A stretch of 64,000 bases of DNA, taken from the NCBI GenBank assembly GCA_963709935.1, contig CAVPYM010000012.1, positions 110,761 to 174,760 on the forward strand, in the 5' to 3' direction. This document shows positions 43,237 to 52,341 of this stretch, one piece after another. The stretch's first letter is position 1. Each line of letters opens with the position of its first letter. This DNA is from an uncultured Actinomycetes bacterium (lineage in GTDB: Bacteria; Actinomycetota; Thermoleophilia; Solirubrobacterales; Solirubrobacteraceae). A program made the translations under genes and the position numbers. Under the pieces are notes generated by a model. It was not told where the DNA came from and made no database searches. It was given only the letters and a program-made list of their open reading frames with translations.

Positions 43237-43637
43237 CAGCGGCCTTCCTTTCCGAACGTCAGCAGGGTGGCGACCGCGTCGTCGACGCCGAGGATCCGAT
43301 TCGTCTCGGCCTCGACGTGGACGACGCGCGGCTCGTGCTCGCGCACTTCGGCGCGGTCGTACTGGGCGTAGGAGATGACGATGATCGTGTCGCCGCGGTG
43401 CACGAGCCGGGCGGCGGCGCCGTTGACCTGCACGGTGCCCGAGCCGCGCTCGCCGGCGATCGTGTAGGTCTCGAAGCGCGCGCCGTTGTCGACGTCGACC
43501 ACATGGACCTGCTCGTGCTCGAAAATGTCCGCGGCGTCGAGCAGGTCGGCGTCGATCGTGATCGAGCCGACGTAGTGCAGGTCGCAGTCGGTCACCGTCG
43601 CGCGGTGGATCTTGGACTTGAGCATCGTTCGCTGCAT
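43236..43637 (-). CDS. panD: aspartate 1-decarboxylase
   Basis: '[12 protein letters not shown]...[10 protein letters not shown]' including the Gly-Ser self-cleavage site. Confidence 0.95.
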   Translation of the reverse strand: MQRTMLKSKIHRATVTDCDLHYVGSITIDADLLDAADIFEHEQVHVVDVDNGARFETYTIAGERGSGTVQVNGAAARLVHRGDTIIVISYAQYDRAEVREHEPRVVHVEAETNRILGVDDAVATLLTFGKEGR

Positions 43638-43648
43638 GTGGGGTCTCC

Positions 43649-44503
43649 CTAACGGCTCGCGTTGAGGATGTCGTTGTCGATCAGGCGCACGTCGCCCACG
43701 CGGGCGGCGACCGCGACGAGCACCGGTGCGTCGCCGACGCTGTCGATCGGCGCGAAGGTGTCGGGCGCGACAAGCTCGAGGTACTCGGGCTCGACCGCGA
43801 GCTCGGCCATCGCGGCGCGACCGATCGCGGCGAGGATGGTCGTGTCGCGCTCGCCCGCGGCGTGGCAGGCGCGCACCGCCTCCAGGCCGCGGCGCAGCGC
43901 GAGCGCCCGGCGGCGGTCGTCGCCGTGCAGTCGCACGTTGCGGCTCGACAGGGCCAGGCCGTCGGCGTCGCGGACCGTCTCGGCGACCTCGATCCGCACG
44001 GGGAGGTCGAGGTCGCGCACCACGCGGCGGATGACCGCGACCTGCTGGGCGTCCTTCTGGCCGAAGAACGCGACGTCGGGCTGGGCCATGTTCAGCAGCT
44101 TCGTGACGACGGTGGCGACGCCGGCGAAGTGGGCCGGGCCGCGCTGCGCGCCCTCCAGCGGCGCGCTGATCTCATCGACGGTGACGGTCGTGGCGAAGCC
44201 GCGCGGGTAGACCGCGCCGGCCGGCGGGGCGAAGAGGATGTCAACGCCGGCTTCGGCGGCGAGCGCCCCGTCCTGCGCCTCGTCGCGCGGATAGGCGGCG
44301 AGGTCGCGCGAATCGTCGAACTGCGCGGGGTTGACGAACAGCGACACGACGACGAGGTCGCACTGCGCGCGGGCGCCGCGGATCAGCGACAGGTGGCCCT
44401 CGTGCAGGGCGCCCATCGTCGGGACGAGGCCGATGCTGCGCCCGGCGCGGCGCGGCCCGTTGAGCGCGGCGCGCAGCGCGCCGGTCGTGCGCAGCGTCTT
44501 CAT
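43649..44503 (-). CDS. panC: pantoate--beta-alanine ligase
   Basis: Internal ATG of track ORF 43649..45244. Motifs '[14 protein letters not shown]' and '[10 protein letters not shown]'. Confidence 0.93.
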   Translation of the reverse strand: MKTLRTTGALRAALNGPRRAGRSIGLVPTMGALHEGHLSLIRGARAQCDLVVVSLFVNPAQFDDSRDLAAYPRDEAQDGALAAEAGVDILFAPPAGAVYPRGFATTVTVDEISAPLEGAQRGPAHFAGVATVVTKLLNMAQPDVAFFGQKDAQQVAVIRRVVRDLDLPVRIEVAETVRDADGLALSSRNVRLHGDDRRRALALRRGLEAVRACHAAGERDTTILAAIGRAAMAELAVEPEYLELVAPDTFAPIDSVGDAPVLVAVAARVGDVRLIDNDILNASR

Positions 44504-45282
44504 GCCGTCACCGCGACGGGATGGTCGCCGCTGGCCGCGAGGCGGCGGGTGGCGTCGGTCAGCGCGTCGAAGAGGGCGAGGTCCGCGGGCAGGCGCTGCG
44601 CGACGGCGGTGCGCTGGCGCGCGACCGTGGCCTCGTCGCCGCGCGCAATCGGTCCGGTGAGCGCGGACGCGGCGCCGAGCTGCGCCCAGTTGGCCACGCT
44701 GGCCTGCACGAGCGCGACGAGCGGCTCGCGCTCGATCCCGGCCGTCCGCGCGAGCCGCTCGGCGAACCCCTCGAGCGTGACGAGGAAGTTCGAGGCGATC
44801 GAGGCGGCGGCGTGGTAGGCGGCGCGATCGGGGTCGGCGACATGGACGGGGTGCATGCCGAGCCTCCGCGCGAGCGATTGCGCCGTCGCGAGCGCACGCG
44901 GCGTGGCGCCGGCGATGGCGGCGGTGACGCCGTCGAAGGCCGCGCCCTGCTCGGTCACGGTCATGAGCGGGTGCAGGGAGAACGCCTCGTGCGGGCCGAG
45001 CGCGGTGAGCGGGGTGGCGGCCGAGGTGTGGCCCACGAGCCGGCCGGGGCGGGCGGGCAGCGCGGCGGCGGCGGCCTCGATCTGGCCGTCGGGGACGCAC
45101 AGCAGGACCGCGTCGGCGGCCGCGGACGGCGCGTCGTCGCGGCGCAGCGGGCCGTGGACATCGATTGCGGCGGCGCTCAACGCGCCGGCCAGCGCCTTGC
45201 CCATCCGGCCGGCCCCGACGATCGCGAGGCGATCGAGGGCGCATGCCTGGGCAGGCAGCGAAAGCTGGGGCTGCGTGGTCAT
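44500..45282 (-). CDS. Rossmann-fold plus DUF2520-like oxidoreductase, possible ketopantoate reductase substitute
   Basis: 'LAIVGAGRMGKAL' dinucleotide motif. Stop overlaps the panC start. No panE-type gene lies in the cluster. Confidence 0.6.
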   Translation of the reverse strand: MTTQPQLSLPAQACALDRLAIVGAGRMGKALAGALSAAAIDVHGPLRRDDAPSAAADAVLLCVPDGQIEAAAAALPARPGRLVGHTSAATPLTALGPHEAFSLHPLMTVTEQGAAFDGVTAAIAGATPRALATAQSLARRLGMHPVHVADPDRAAYHAAASIASNFLVTLEGFAERLARTAGIEREPLVALVQASVANWAQLGAASALTGPIARGDEATVARQRTAVAQRLPADLALFDALTDATRRLAASGDHPVAVTA

Positions 45283-45507
45283 CGTGTCGGTCCAGTCCTC
45301 CAGGAGGTACCGGTCGCGGTCGTGATGTGCGAGCGGTTGGCGCCGCCGCGTCTCACAGGGTAGCCGACCCGGGTCGCCGGCCGCGTCCCCCCGCGAGGCG
45401 GGGGCGCAGGGGGATCGCCCGAGGAGCGTGGCGCGAAGCTGCTCGTAGCGAACATCAAGCCGCCAGCCTCCCGCGGCCGCCCACCGTGGATCCCTGGCCG
45501 CGGCCTC

Positions 45508-45513
45508 TACGAT
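45508..45513 (+). promoter_or_regulatory. candidate -10 hexamer TACGAT for leaderless UDG gene
   Basis: TACGAT-ccgccc-GTG(45520) with no SD. Confidence 0.4.
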
Positions 45514-45519
45514 CCGCCC

Positions 45520-46296
45520 GTGGCCACGAAGGACGAGCGCCGCGCCCGGCTGGCCGGCGTCTATCGCGAGGCGCGCGGCTGCACGCGCTGCCCCGAGCTG
45601 GCGCGCACCCGCACGCAGGTGGTGTTCGGGGCCGGCAACGCCGGCGCCGACCTCATGTTCGTCGGCGAGGCGCCGGGCGCCAAGGAGGACGAGCAGGGGA
45701 TCCCGTTCGTCGGCGCGGCCGGCAAGCTGCTCGACCAGCTGCTCGAGGAGGTCGGGCTGGGGCGGGACGACGTCTTCGTCGCGAACGTCCTCAAGTGCCG
45801 TCCGCCCGGCAACCGCGACCCGCTGCCGGGGGAGATCGACAACTGCTCGGACTACCTCATGCGCCAGGTCGAGCTGATCCAGCCGCGCGTGATCTGCACG
45901 CTGGGCAACTTCTCGACGAAGCTCCTGCGCGGCGACCCGACCGGCATCTCACGGCTGCACGGGCAGGGCGAGATCTTCGTGATCGGCGCCCGCGCCGTGC
46001 GCCTGTACCCGCTGTTTCACCCGGCCGCGGCGCTCTACACGCGCTCGCTGCTGGACACGCTGCGCGAGGACTTCGCGCGCCTGCCGGCGCTGCTGGCGCT
46101 CGACCCGCCGGCGCAGCCCGAGCCGATCGCTCCGCCGCAGCCCGCGGTGCCCGAACCCGCGCTCGCGGCGGCGGCCGAGCCGGAACCGCCGGCGCCTCCG
46201 CGCGAACCCGAGCCGCCCGCGCCCGCGCCCGCATCACCGCCCGCGTCACCGCCCCGCCGCGAGGAGCCCGACGACCGCCAGCTCGGCCTCTTCTGA
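45520..46296 (+). CDS. family-4 uracil-DNA glycosylase with Pro-rich C-terminal linker ending in QLGLF
   Basis: 'CTRCPEL', '[23 protein letters not shown]' and 'HPAA' are family-4 motifs. Residues from about 195 on are P/A/E-rich. The last five residues are QLGLF. Confidence 0.88.
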   Translation: MATKDERRARLAGVYREARGCTRCPELARTRTQVVFGAGNAGADLMFVGEAPGAKEDEQGIPFVGAAGKLLDQLLEEVGLGRDDVFVANVLKCRPPGNRDPLPGEIDNCSDYLMRQVELIQPRVICTLGNFSTKLLRGDPTGISRLHGQGEIFVIGARAVRLYPLFHPAAALYTRSLLDTLREDFARLPALLALDPPAQPEPIAPPQPAVPEPALAAAAEPEPPAPPREPEPPAPAPASPPASPPRREEPDDRQLGLF

Positions 46297-46305
46297 CCCC
46301 GTGTT

Positions 46306-47292
46306 CTACGCCCGGACGGACCGCAGGGCGGGCAGCACGCGCTCGCCGTACGTCCGGATCGAGCCGAACGGGTCGGCACGGCCGATGAGCTGCAGGCAGA
46401 TCACCGTCGCCCCGGCGTGCTCCATCTCGCGGATGCGCTCGACGTGCTCCTCGGGGTCGGAGGAGACGAGGAAGCCCTCCTGGGCGAACTCCTCGTCGCT
46501 CATCTGCTCGTCGGCGCGGCGCTGCATGTCGGCCTGATCGGCGATGTCCTCGAGGTAGAGCTCGGGCAGCTGGGTCGGCTTCCAGTGCCGCGCGCCGTCG
46601 ATCGCCGCCCGCTCGTCGTCGGCCCAGGCGAAGCCCGCCTGGAAGATGATCTCGCCGGGCTCCTTGCCGTGGTCGTCGCAGGCCGCGCGATAGGCCTCGA
46701 CGACCGCCGGCGCCTTCTCGGGGTCGCCCAGGGTCCAGAGGCCGTCGCCGAACTGCGCCGCCACCTGCGCCGACTGCGGCCCGAACGCCGAGACGTAGAG
46801 CTTCGGACGGGTCTCGGCGCGTGTCCACAGCCGCGCGTCCTTGAGCTTGAACCAGCCGGCGTCCATCGTCACCGTCTCGCCGTTCCACAGGCGCGTGATC
46901 GCCTCCAGACCCGTCTCCAGGCGGCGGCGCTGCTCGTCGTACGGCGGCCAGTCCATCCCCAGCGGCGTCTCGTTGACCGCCTCGCCGGAGCCGACGCCGA
47001 GGAACACCCGGCCGGGGTAGAGCTCCTCGAGCGACATGAACGCCTGCGCGACGAGGCCGGGGTGATAGTGATGGACGATCGGCGTCACCCCGGTGCCGAT
47101 CGGCTTCTGCGTGACCTGCCCCAGCGCGCCGAGGTAGACCCAGGCCTGGGCCGCCTGGCCGTCCGCAAACCAGGGGGCGAAGTGGTCGGAGGTGCCCAGG
47201 CCGTCGAAGCCTGCGCGGTCGGCGGCCTTGGCCTGCTCGAGCATCTGCGACGGGGTGAACTCCTCCGTCGAGGTCGCGAACCAGTACTGCAT
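46306..47292 (-). CDS. LLM-class F420-dependent oxidoreductase (G6PDH-family type)
   Basis: 'FDGLGTSDHFAPW' and the overall LLM fold. 328 aa. Confidence 0.75.
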   Translation of the reverse strand: MQYWFATSTEEFTPSQMLEQAKAADRAGFDGLGTSDHFAPWFADGQAAQAWVYLGALGQVTQKPIGTGVTPIVHHYHPGLVAQAFMSLEELYPGRVFLGVGSGEAVNETPLGMDWPPYDEQRRRLETGLEAITRLWNGETVTMDAGWFKLKDARLWTRAETRPKLYVSAFGPQSAQVAAQFGDGLWTLGDPEKAPAVVEAYRAACDDHGKEPGEIIFQAGFAWADDERAAIDGARHWKPTQLPELYLEDIADQADMQRRADEQMSDEEFAQEGFLVSSDPEEHVERIREMEHAGATVICLQLIGRADPFGSIRTYGERVLPALRSVRA

Positions 47293-47373
47293 CGGGAGCG
47301 CTCCTTTCCGGCGGGTCAGACCGAAGGCCTACCCACAGAAGCGCCCCCGTGCACCGCCAGATGCAGCGCGGCG

Positions 47374-47796
47374 CTACGCGCCCCCGTCCGCGGGCTTGAG
47401 CTCGAGCGCGCAGCCGTTGATGCAGTAGCGCTGGCCGCTGGCGCCCGGACCGTCGGGGAAGACGTGGCCGAGGTGCCCGCCGCACTGGCTGCAGAGCACC
47501 TCGGTGCGGCGCATGAACATGCCGTTGTCGTCGCGCAGCGTGACCGCCTCGGCGACGGCGGGATCGGTGAAGCTCGGCCAGCCGGTGCCGGAGTCGAACT
47601 TCGTGTCGGAGGCGAACAGCTCGGCGCCGCAGCCCGCGCACGCGTACATGCCGTCGGCCTTCTCGTTGACGTACGGGCCGGTGAAGGCGCGCTCGGTGCC
47701 GGCGCGCCGGAGGATGTCGTACTGCGCGGGCGTCAGCTCCGCGCGCCACTCGTCGTCGGTCTTCTTGACGGGAGCGTCGATCGGGGTGTGCTTCAT
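47374..47796 (-). CDS. msrB: peptide-methionine (R)-S-oxide reductase
   Basis: 'CAGCGAELF' and 'RTEVLCSQCGGHLGHVFPDGP'. A -10-like TACATT lies 6 nt before the ATG (47803-47808, minus strand). Confidence 0.93.
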   Translation of the reverse strand: MKHTPIDAPVKKTDDEWRAELTPAQYDILRRAGTERAFTGPYVNEKADGMYACAGCGAELFASDTKFDSGTGWPSFTDPAVAEAVTLRDDNGMFMRRTEVLCSQCGGHLGHVFPDGPGASGQRYCINGCALELKPADGGA

Positions 47797-47826
47797 GCCT
47801 CCAATGTAGAGGCAGAGTGGCCGGCG

Positions 47827-48333
47827 TTACGCGGGTTGGCGCGCGAAACGGCGCCGCGCCACGCGGCGCGCGAAGTAGCCGACCTGGGCAACCTGCGCCA
47901 TCGCGTCGAGCACGCGCTCGCCGTGCGTGAGATCCGCCCGTACGTACTCCGCCAGCTCGCCCTCGCGCCCGTAGTAGCGCCAGTTGCGCGAGGAGCCGAC
48001 CGTGCGCAGCAGCGCGGCCGTCAGCGGCGGCGCCGCGAACGCGCCGTGGACGAACAGCAGCCCGCCCGGCGCGACCCGGCCCGCCCAGCGCCCGAACAGC
48101 TCGGCCGCCGCGCTGTAGGGCGCCGCCGGGCCGATGAACAGGACGTCGATCGAGCCGTCGACGCGGGCGACCGAGCCGGCGTCGACCACCAGCACCTCGA
48201 CGCCGGCGCTCGCCTCGCTGCCGATCGCGGCCACGGCGTCGGGCGAGACGTTGCCCGTCAGCACCACCCGCGCCGGCGCCACGAGCACGCGCGTGCAGGC
48301 CTGCAGGAGAGCGACCTGGGCGGGGCTGAGCAC
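47827..48333 (-). CDS. class-I methyltransferase-like protein (degenerate; start uncertain)
   Basis: C-terminal 'DVLFIGPAAPYSAAAELFGRWAGRVAPGGLLFVHG' resembles Methyltransf_24-type proteins. No clear GxGxG motif. The track ORF extends to 48684, but that upstream part looks non-coding. Confidence 0.4.
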   Translation of the reverse strand: MLSPAQVALLQACTRVLVAPARVVLTGNVSPDAVAAIGSEASAGVEVLVVDAGSVARVDGSIDVLFIGPAAPYSAAAELFGRWAGRVAPGGLLFVHGAFAAPPLTAALLRTVGSSRNWRYYGREGELAEYVRADLTHGERVLDAMAQVAQVGYFARRVARRRFARQPA

Positions 48334-48400
48334 GGACGCGACGCTACCGCAGCCGGTGGTGGTCCGAGCCGCCCGGGATCTCGCCGCGGGAGGCATTAGA

Positions 48401-48706
48401 GTGCGCGGCGTGTCGTGGTCTCCCCGCCGCCTCGTCGTCGTGCCGCTCGCGGTCATGATGCTGGCCCTGCCCGCCTCCGCGGCAGCGCAGAACTCGACGA
48501 TCCCCGAGGACGGCGCCGGGGTCTCGACGACGCCGCCCGTCCCGCTCCCCGGCGAGGGCCGGCCCGCGGGCGCCGAGCCGGCGACCGCCGGCAGCGATCT
48601 TCCGAACACGGGCTCGGACCCGCGCATGCTGTTCCTCACGGGTCTTGCCATGTCGCTCCTCGGTGCCGGGCTGCGTCTGCGCACCGTCGATGCCGACGAC
48701 TACTGA
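48401..48706 (+). CDS. minimal LPXTG (LPNTG) cell-wall-anchored protein
   Basis: GTG start after GGGAGG. Signal peptide 'LVVVPLAVMMLALPASAAA', Pro-rich spacer, 'LPNTG' plus a hydrophobic helix plus 'RLR'. Confidence 0.6.
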   Translation: MRGVSWSPRRLVVVPLAVMMLALPASAAAQNSTIPEDGAGVSTTPPVPLPGEGRPAGAEPATAGSDLPNTGSDPRMLFLTGLAMSLLGAGLRLRTVDADDY

Positions 48707-49148
48707 GACGTCCGCACCCCACGAGACCGAGGCGCTGGCGGCCGCTTTCGCCGAGCGCCTGCGGCCCGGCGACGTCGTGCTCGTGTCGGGCGAGCTCGGC
48801 GCCGGCAAGACGACGTTCGTGCGCGGCGCCTGCCGCGCGCTGGGCATCGCCGGCGCGGTGACCAGCCCGACCTTCACGATCGCGCGCCGCTACGACGGCG
48901 AAGTGCCGGTCTCGCACCTGGACCTCTACCGCCTCGGCGACCTCGCCGACGAGGATCCCGCGCTGCTGGCCGACGAGCTGGCCCCCGATCGCGTCGCGTT
49001 CGTCGAGTGGCCGCAGGTCGGTGCGCCCGTGGGCCTGGACCCCGAGCGCGTGGTCGCCGAGGTGCACCTCGAGCACCGCGGCGGCGACCGGCGGCTCGTC
49101 GTCGTCAACGAGCGCCGGGCGCCGCCGCCACCGCCCGCCGCGCCGTGA
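48690..49148 (+). CDS. tsaE: tRNA t6A37 biosynthesis ATPase TsaE
   Basis: 'GELGAGKTTFVRG' and 'SPTFT'. Internal ATG of the track ORF. Confidence 0.88.
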   Translation: MPTTTETSAPHETEALAAAFAERLRPGDVVLVSGELGAGKTTFVRGACRALGIAGAVTSPTFTIARRYDGEVPVSHLDLYRLGDLADEDPALLADELAPDRVAFVEWPQVGAPVGLDPERVVAEVHLEHRGGDRRLVVVNERRAPPPPPAAP

Positions 49149-49852
49149 TCGTCCTCGGCCTGGACACCGCGACGCCCGCGACCGCGGTCGCGCTGCTCGA
49201 CGACGCCGACCCGCAGGCCGCCGCCGAGCGCCGCCACCTGCCCGCCCCGGGCGAGCGGCCCGGCCACGCGGCGCAGCTGCTGGCGCTGGCCGCCGAGCTG
49301 CTCGGCGACGCCGGGCTGCGCTTCGCCGACGTCGAGCGGATCGCCGTCGGGCTCGGGCCCGGGACGTTCACCGGCCTGCGGATCGGGGTCGCCACCGCCC
49401 GCGCGCTGGCCCAGGGCAGCGGCGCCGAGCTCGTCGGCGTCTCCACGCTGCGCGCGCTGGCGGTGGCGGCCGAGTCCGCGGCGCCGCCCGGCAGCGGGGT
49501 GCTGGCGGTGATCGACGCGCGCCGCGGCGAGGCCTTCGCCGCCGGCTGGCGCGACGGCGAGCCCATCATCGAGCAGGCTGCGCTGGCACCGGCCGCGCTC
49601 GCCGAGCGGGTCGCTGCGGAGGGCGCAGCGTGGCTGGCGGTGGGGGATGGCGCGCTACGATTTCGAGCCGACCTGGAAGGCGCCGGCTGCGCTGTTGCAG
49701 CGGACGGATCTGAGCAGCATGTGGTCAGCGCCCGCACGATCTGCGACCTGGCGCTGCTGGTGTCGCAGCCGATCGCGCGCGACCTCGTCGTCCCGGACTA
49801 CCTGCGCCTGCCCGATGCCGTGCTCGCCCGCCACCGTCCCGGAGTGACGTGA
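49145..49852 (+). CDS. tsaB: tRNA t6A37 biosynthesis protein TsaB
   Basis: The in-frame GTG gives 'VIVLGLDTATPATAVAL'. 'GPGTFTGLRIGVATA'. Confidence 0.88.
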   Translation: MIVLGLDTATPATAVALLDDADPQAAAERRHLPAPGERPGHAAQLLALAAELLGDAGLRFADVERIAVGLGPGTFTGLRIGVATARALAQGSGAELVGVSTLRALAVAAESAAPPGSGVLAVIDARRGEAFAAGWRDGEPIIEQAALAPAALAERVAAEGAAWLAVGDGALRFRADLEGAGCAVAADGSEQHVVSARTICDLALLVSQPIARDLVVPDYLRLPDAVLARHRPGVT

Positions 49853-50358
49853 CCGAGGGACCGCTCGAGATCCGTCGCCTGACGTACGCGGACCTGCCGG
49901 AGCTCATCGCCATCGAGCGGCGGGCGTTCCCGACGCCGTGGTCGCTGGCGATGTTCGTCCTCGAGCTGTCCAAGCCGGCCAGCGTGTGCCTGGCCGCGCT
50001 GCGCGGCGGGCGGATGGTCGGCTTTCTCATCTGCTCGCGCTACGACACCGTCTGGCACCTCATGAGCGTCGCCGTCGACCCCGACCGCCGCCGCCAGGGG
50101 ATCGCCGGCGCGCTGCTGACCGACCTGCTGCGCCGCATCGACGGCAAGGGCGCGCGGTTCACGCTGGAGGTGCGCGAGTCCAACGCCGGCGCGATCGAGC
50201 TCTACGAGCGCTTCGGCTTTCGCGCCGCCGGCCGGCGCAAGCGCTACTACCAGGACAACGGCGAGGACGCGGTGATCATGTGGCGCACGCAGTCGACGCT
50301 CGCGGGACGCTTCGACGACGTGCCCAACGCCGCGCCCGGCGGGGCGAAGCCCGCATGA
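49849..50358 (+). CDS. rimI: ribosomal-protein-alanine N-acetyltransferase
   Basis: GNAT motif 'RRQGIAGALL'. Sits in the conserved tsaB-rimI-tsaD order. Confidence 0.85.
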   Translation: MTEGPLEIRRLTYADLPELIAIERRAFPTPWSLAMFVLELSKPASVCLAALRGGRMVGFLICSRYDTVWHLMSVAVDPDRRRQGIAGALLTDLLRRIDGKGARFTLEVRESNAGAIELYERFGFRAAGRRKRYYQDNGEDAVIMWRTQSTLAGRFDDVPNAAPGGAKPA

Positions 50359-51380
50359 CCCTCATCCTCGCCCTCGAGACCAGCTGCGACGACACCTGCG
50401 CGGCCGTGGTCACCGGCGACGGCGCGGTGCGCTCGAACGTCATCTCCTCGCAGGGCATCCACGACGAGTACGGCGGCGTCGTGCCGGAGATCGCCTCGCG
50501 CCATCACCTCGAGCTCGCCAACGCGGTCGTCGACGACGCGCTGCGGCGCGCGGGGGCGACGCTCGGCGACGTCGACCTGGTCGCCGTCACGCAGGGGCCG
50601 GGGCTCGTCGGCGCGCTGCTCGTCGGGGTCGCCACCGCGAAGTCGCTCGCCGCCGCCCGCGGTCTGCCGCTGGCCGCCGTCGACCATCTGCAGGGCCATG
50701 TCGCCGCGAACTTCCTGCGCATGCCGGCGGGTGCCGGAGGCGACGGCGCTGCCCCCATCATGGAGCCGCCGTTCGTCTGCCTCGTCGCCAGCGGCGGCCA
50801 CACGCTGCTGGCCCGCGTCGAGGCGCACGACGGCTTCGAGGTGCTCGGCCGCACCCTCGACGACGCCGCCGGCGAGGCGTTCGACAAGGGCGCGCGGCTG
50901 CTCGGCCTGCCGTTCCCCGGCGGCCCGGCGCTCGAGCGGCTCGCCCGCGACGGCGACCCCGGCGCGTTCGCCTTCCCGGTCGCGCGCAACCTCGCGGGGC
51001 TGGACTTCTCCTTCGCGGGGGTGAAGACGTCGCTGCTGTACAAGGTGCGCGAGCTCGGTCCCGACGGCGCCGGCGAGCGGGCGGCCGACCTCGCGGCGAG
51101 CTTTCAGCACGCGATCGTCGAGGCGCTGGCCGCGCGCTGCGAGCAGGCGCTGGCGCAGACCGGCCTGGACCGCCTCGCGATCGGGGGCGGCGTGGCCGCC
51201 AACGGCCCGCTGCGCGAGCGGCTCGCGACGCTCGGCGCCACCGTCGGCATCCCGCCGCGCGAGCTGTGCACCGACAACGCCGCGATGATCGCATCCGCCG
51301 CGCGCTACGTGCCGGCGCAGCCGTTCCCGGACTACCTCGCGCTCGACGCGTACGCCTCGGGCGAGCGAGCCCTGGCGTGA
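50355..51380 (+). CDS. tsaD: tRNA N6-adenosine threonylcarbamoyltransferase
   Basis: 'ILALETSCDDT' and 'GGVVPEIASRHH'. Confidence 0.93.
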   Translation: MTLILALETSCDDTCAAVVTGDGAVRSNVISSQGIHDEYGGVVPEIASRHHLELANAVVDDALRRAGATLGDVDLVAVTQGPGLVGALLVGVATAKSLAAARGLPLAAVDHLQGHVAANFLRMPAGAGGDGAAPIMEPPFVCLVASGGHTLLARVEAHDGFEVLGRTLDDAAGEAFDKGARLLGLPFPGGPALERLARDGDPGAFAFPVARNLAGLDFSFAGVKTSLLYKVRELGPDGAGERAADLAASFQHAIVEALAARCEQALAQTGLDRLAIGGGVAANGPLRERLATLGATVGIPPRELCTDNAAMIASAARYVPAQPFPDYLALDAYASGERALA

Positions 51381-51634
51381 CGCCGGCGGCCGGGCTGGGC
51401 CCCGGGCTCGTCCTCCTCGGCAAGCCCGGCTGCCATCTCTGCGACGACGCGCGGCTGGTCCTGCAGCGCGCCGGCGCGCCGTTCGCCGAGGTCGACATCA
51501 CGACCGACGACGCGTTGCACGCCACCTATCTCGAGCGCATCCCGGTGGTCGTGCTCGATGGCGTCGAGCGTTTCGAGCTGTTCGTGGATGAAGCCGCGCT
51601 GCGTCATCTTCTGAGTAAAGTGCGCCGTCGATGA
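51377..51634 (+). CDS. glutaredoxin-like protein (DUF836-type)
   Basis: 'GKPGCHLCDDA' CxxC motif. About 85 aa. The GTG start overlaps the tsaD stop. Confidence 0.65.
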   Translation: MTPAAGLGPGLVLLGKPGCHLCDDARLVLQRAGAPFAEVDITTDDALHATYLERIPVVVLDGVERFELFVDEAALRHLLSKVRRR

Positions 51635-52314
51635 CGACCGGCGAACGCGCTCCCACGGCGGTTGACCCGGCTTCCCGTGACAGCGCGGTCGCGGGCGGCC
51701 AGCGCCTCTCCCTCGGTGTCGCGGCCCGCCTCTCGCGGTATCTGCAGGTCCTCACGCAGGCCAAGAAGATGGGCAAGGAGACGATCTCCTCGCGTGAGCT
51801 CAGCGACTACACGCACGTCAACCCGACCCAGATCCGGCGCGACTTCTCGGGCTTCGGCAAGTTCGGCAAGCGCGGCGTCGGCTACAACGTGGACGCGCTG
51901 GTATCGCAGATCCGCAAGATCCTGCGCACCTCCGGCCAGCACAACATCGCGCTCTTCGGCGCGGGCCACCTGGGCCAGGCGATCGCCTCGTCGGACATCT
52001 TCGCCGACCACGGCTTCCGCGTCGTGGCGATCTTCGACACCGACAAGCGCAAGATCGGCCAGAAGGTCGGGACGACGACCGTGCGCCACTCCTCCGAGCT
52101 GAAGTCGATGGTCGAGTTCGAGGACATCGTGGTCGGCGTGCTCGCCGTGCCGACGGCGGCCGCGCAGTCGATCGCGGACGACCTCGTCGAGGCCGGCGTG
52201 AAGATCATCTTCAACTACTCCGAGGCGCTGCTGCAGGTGCCGCCGGAGGTGACCGTCCACACCTCGTCTCCCGCGGTCGATCTGCTCTACGCGCTGTACT
52301 TCTACTTGACGTAG
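51631..52314 (+). CDS. rex: redox-sensing transcriptional repressor Rex
   Basis: 'ISSRELS...NPTQIRRDFSGFGKFGKRGVGYNV' winged helix and 'LFGAGHLGQAI' NADH site. Confidence 0.93.
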   Translation: MTTGERAPTAVDPASRDSAVAGGQRLSLGVAARLSRYLQVLTQAKKMGKETISSRELSDYTHVNPTQIRRDFSGFGKFGKRGVGYNVDALVSQIRKILRTSGQHNIALFGAGHLGQAIASSDIFADHGFRVVAIFDTDKRKIGQKVGTTTVRHSSELKSMVEFEDIVVGVLAVPTAAAQSIADDLVEAGVKIIFNYSEALLQVPPEVTVHTSSPAVDLLYALYFYLT

Positions 52315-52341
52315 AAGCGTCCCGCGCCGAAAAATCGCCCA

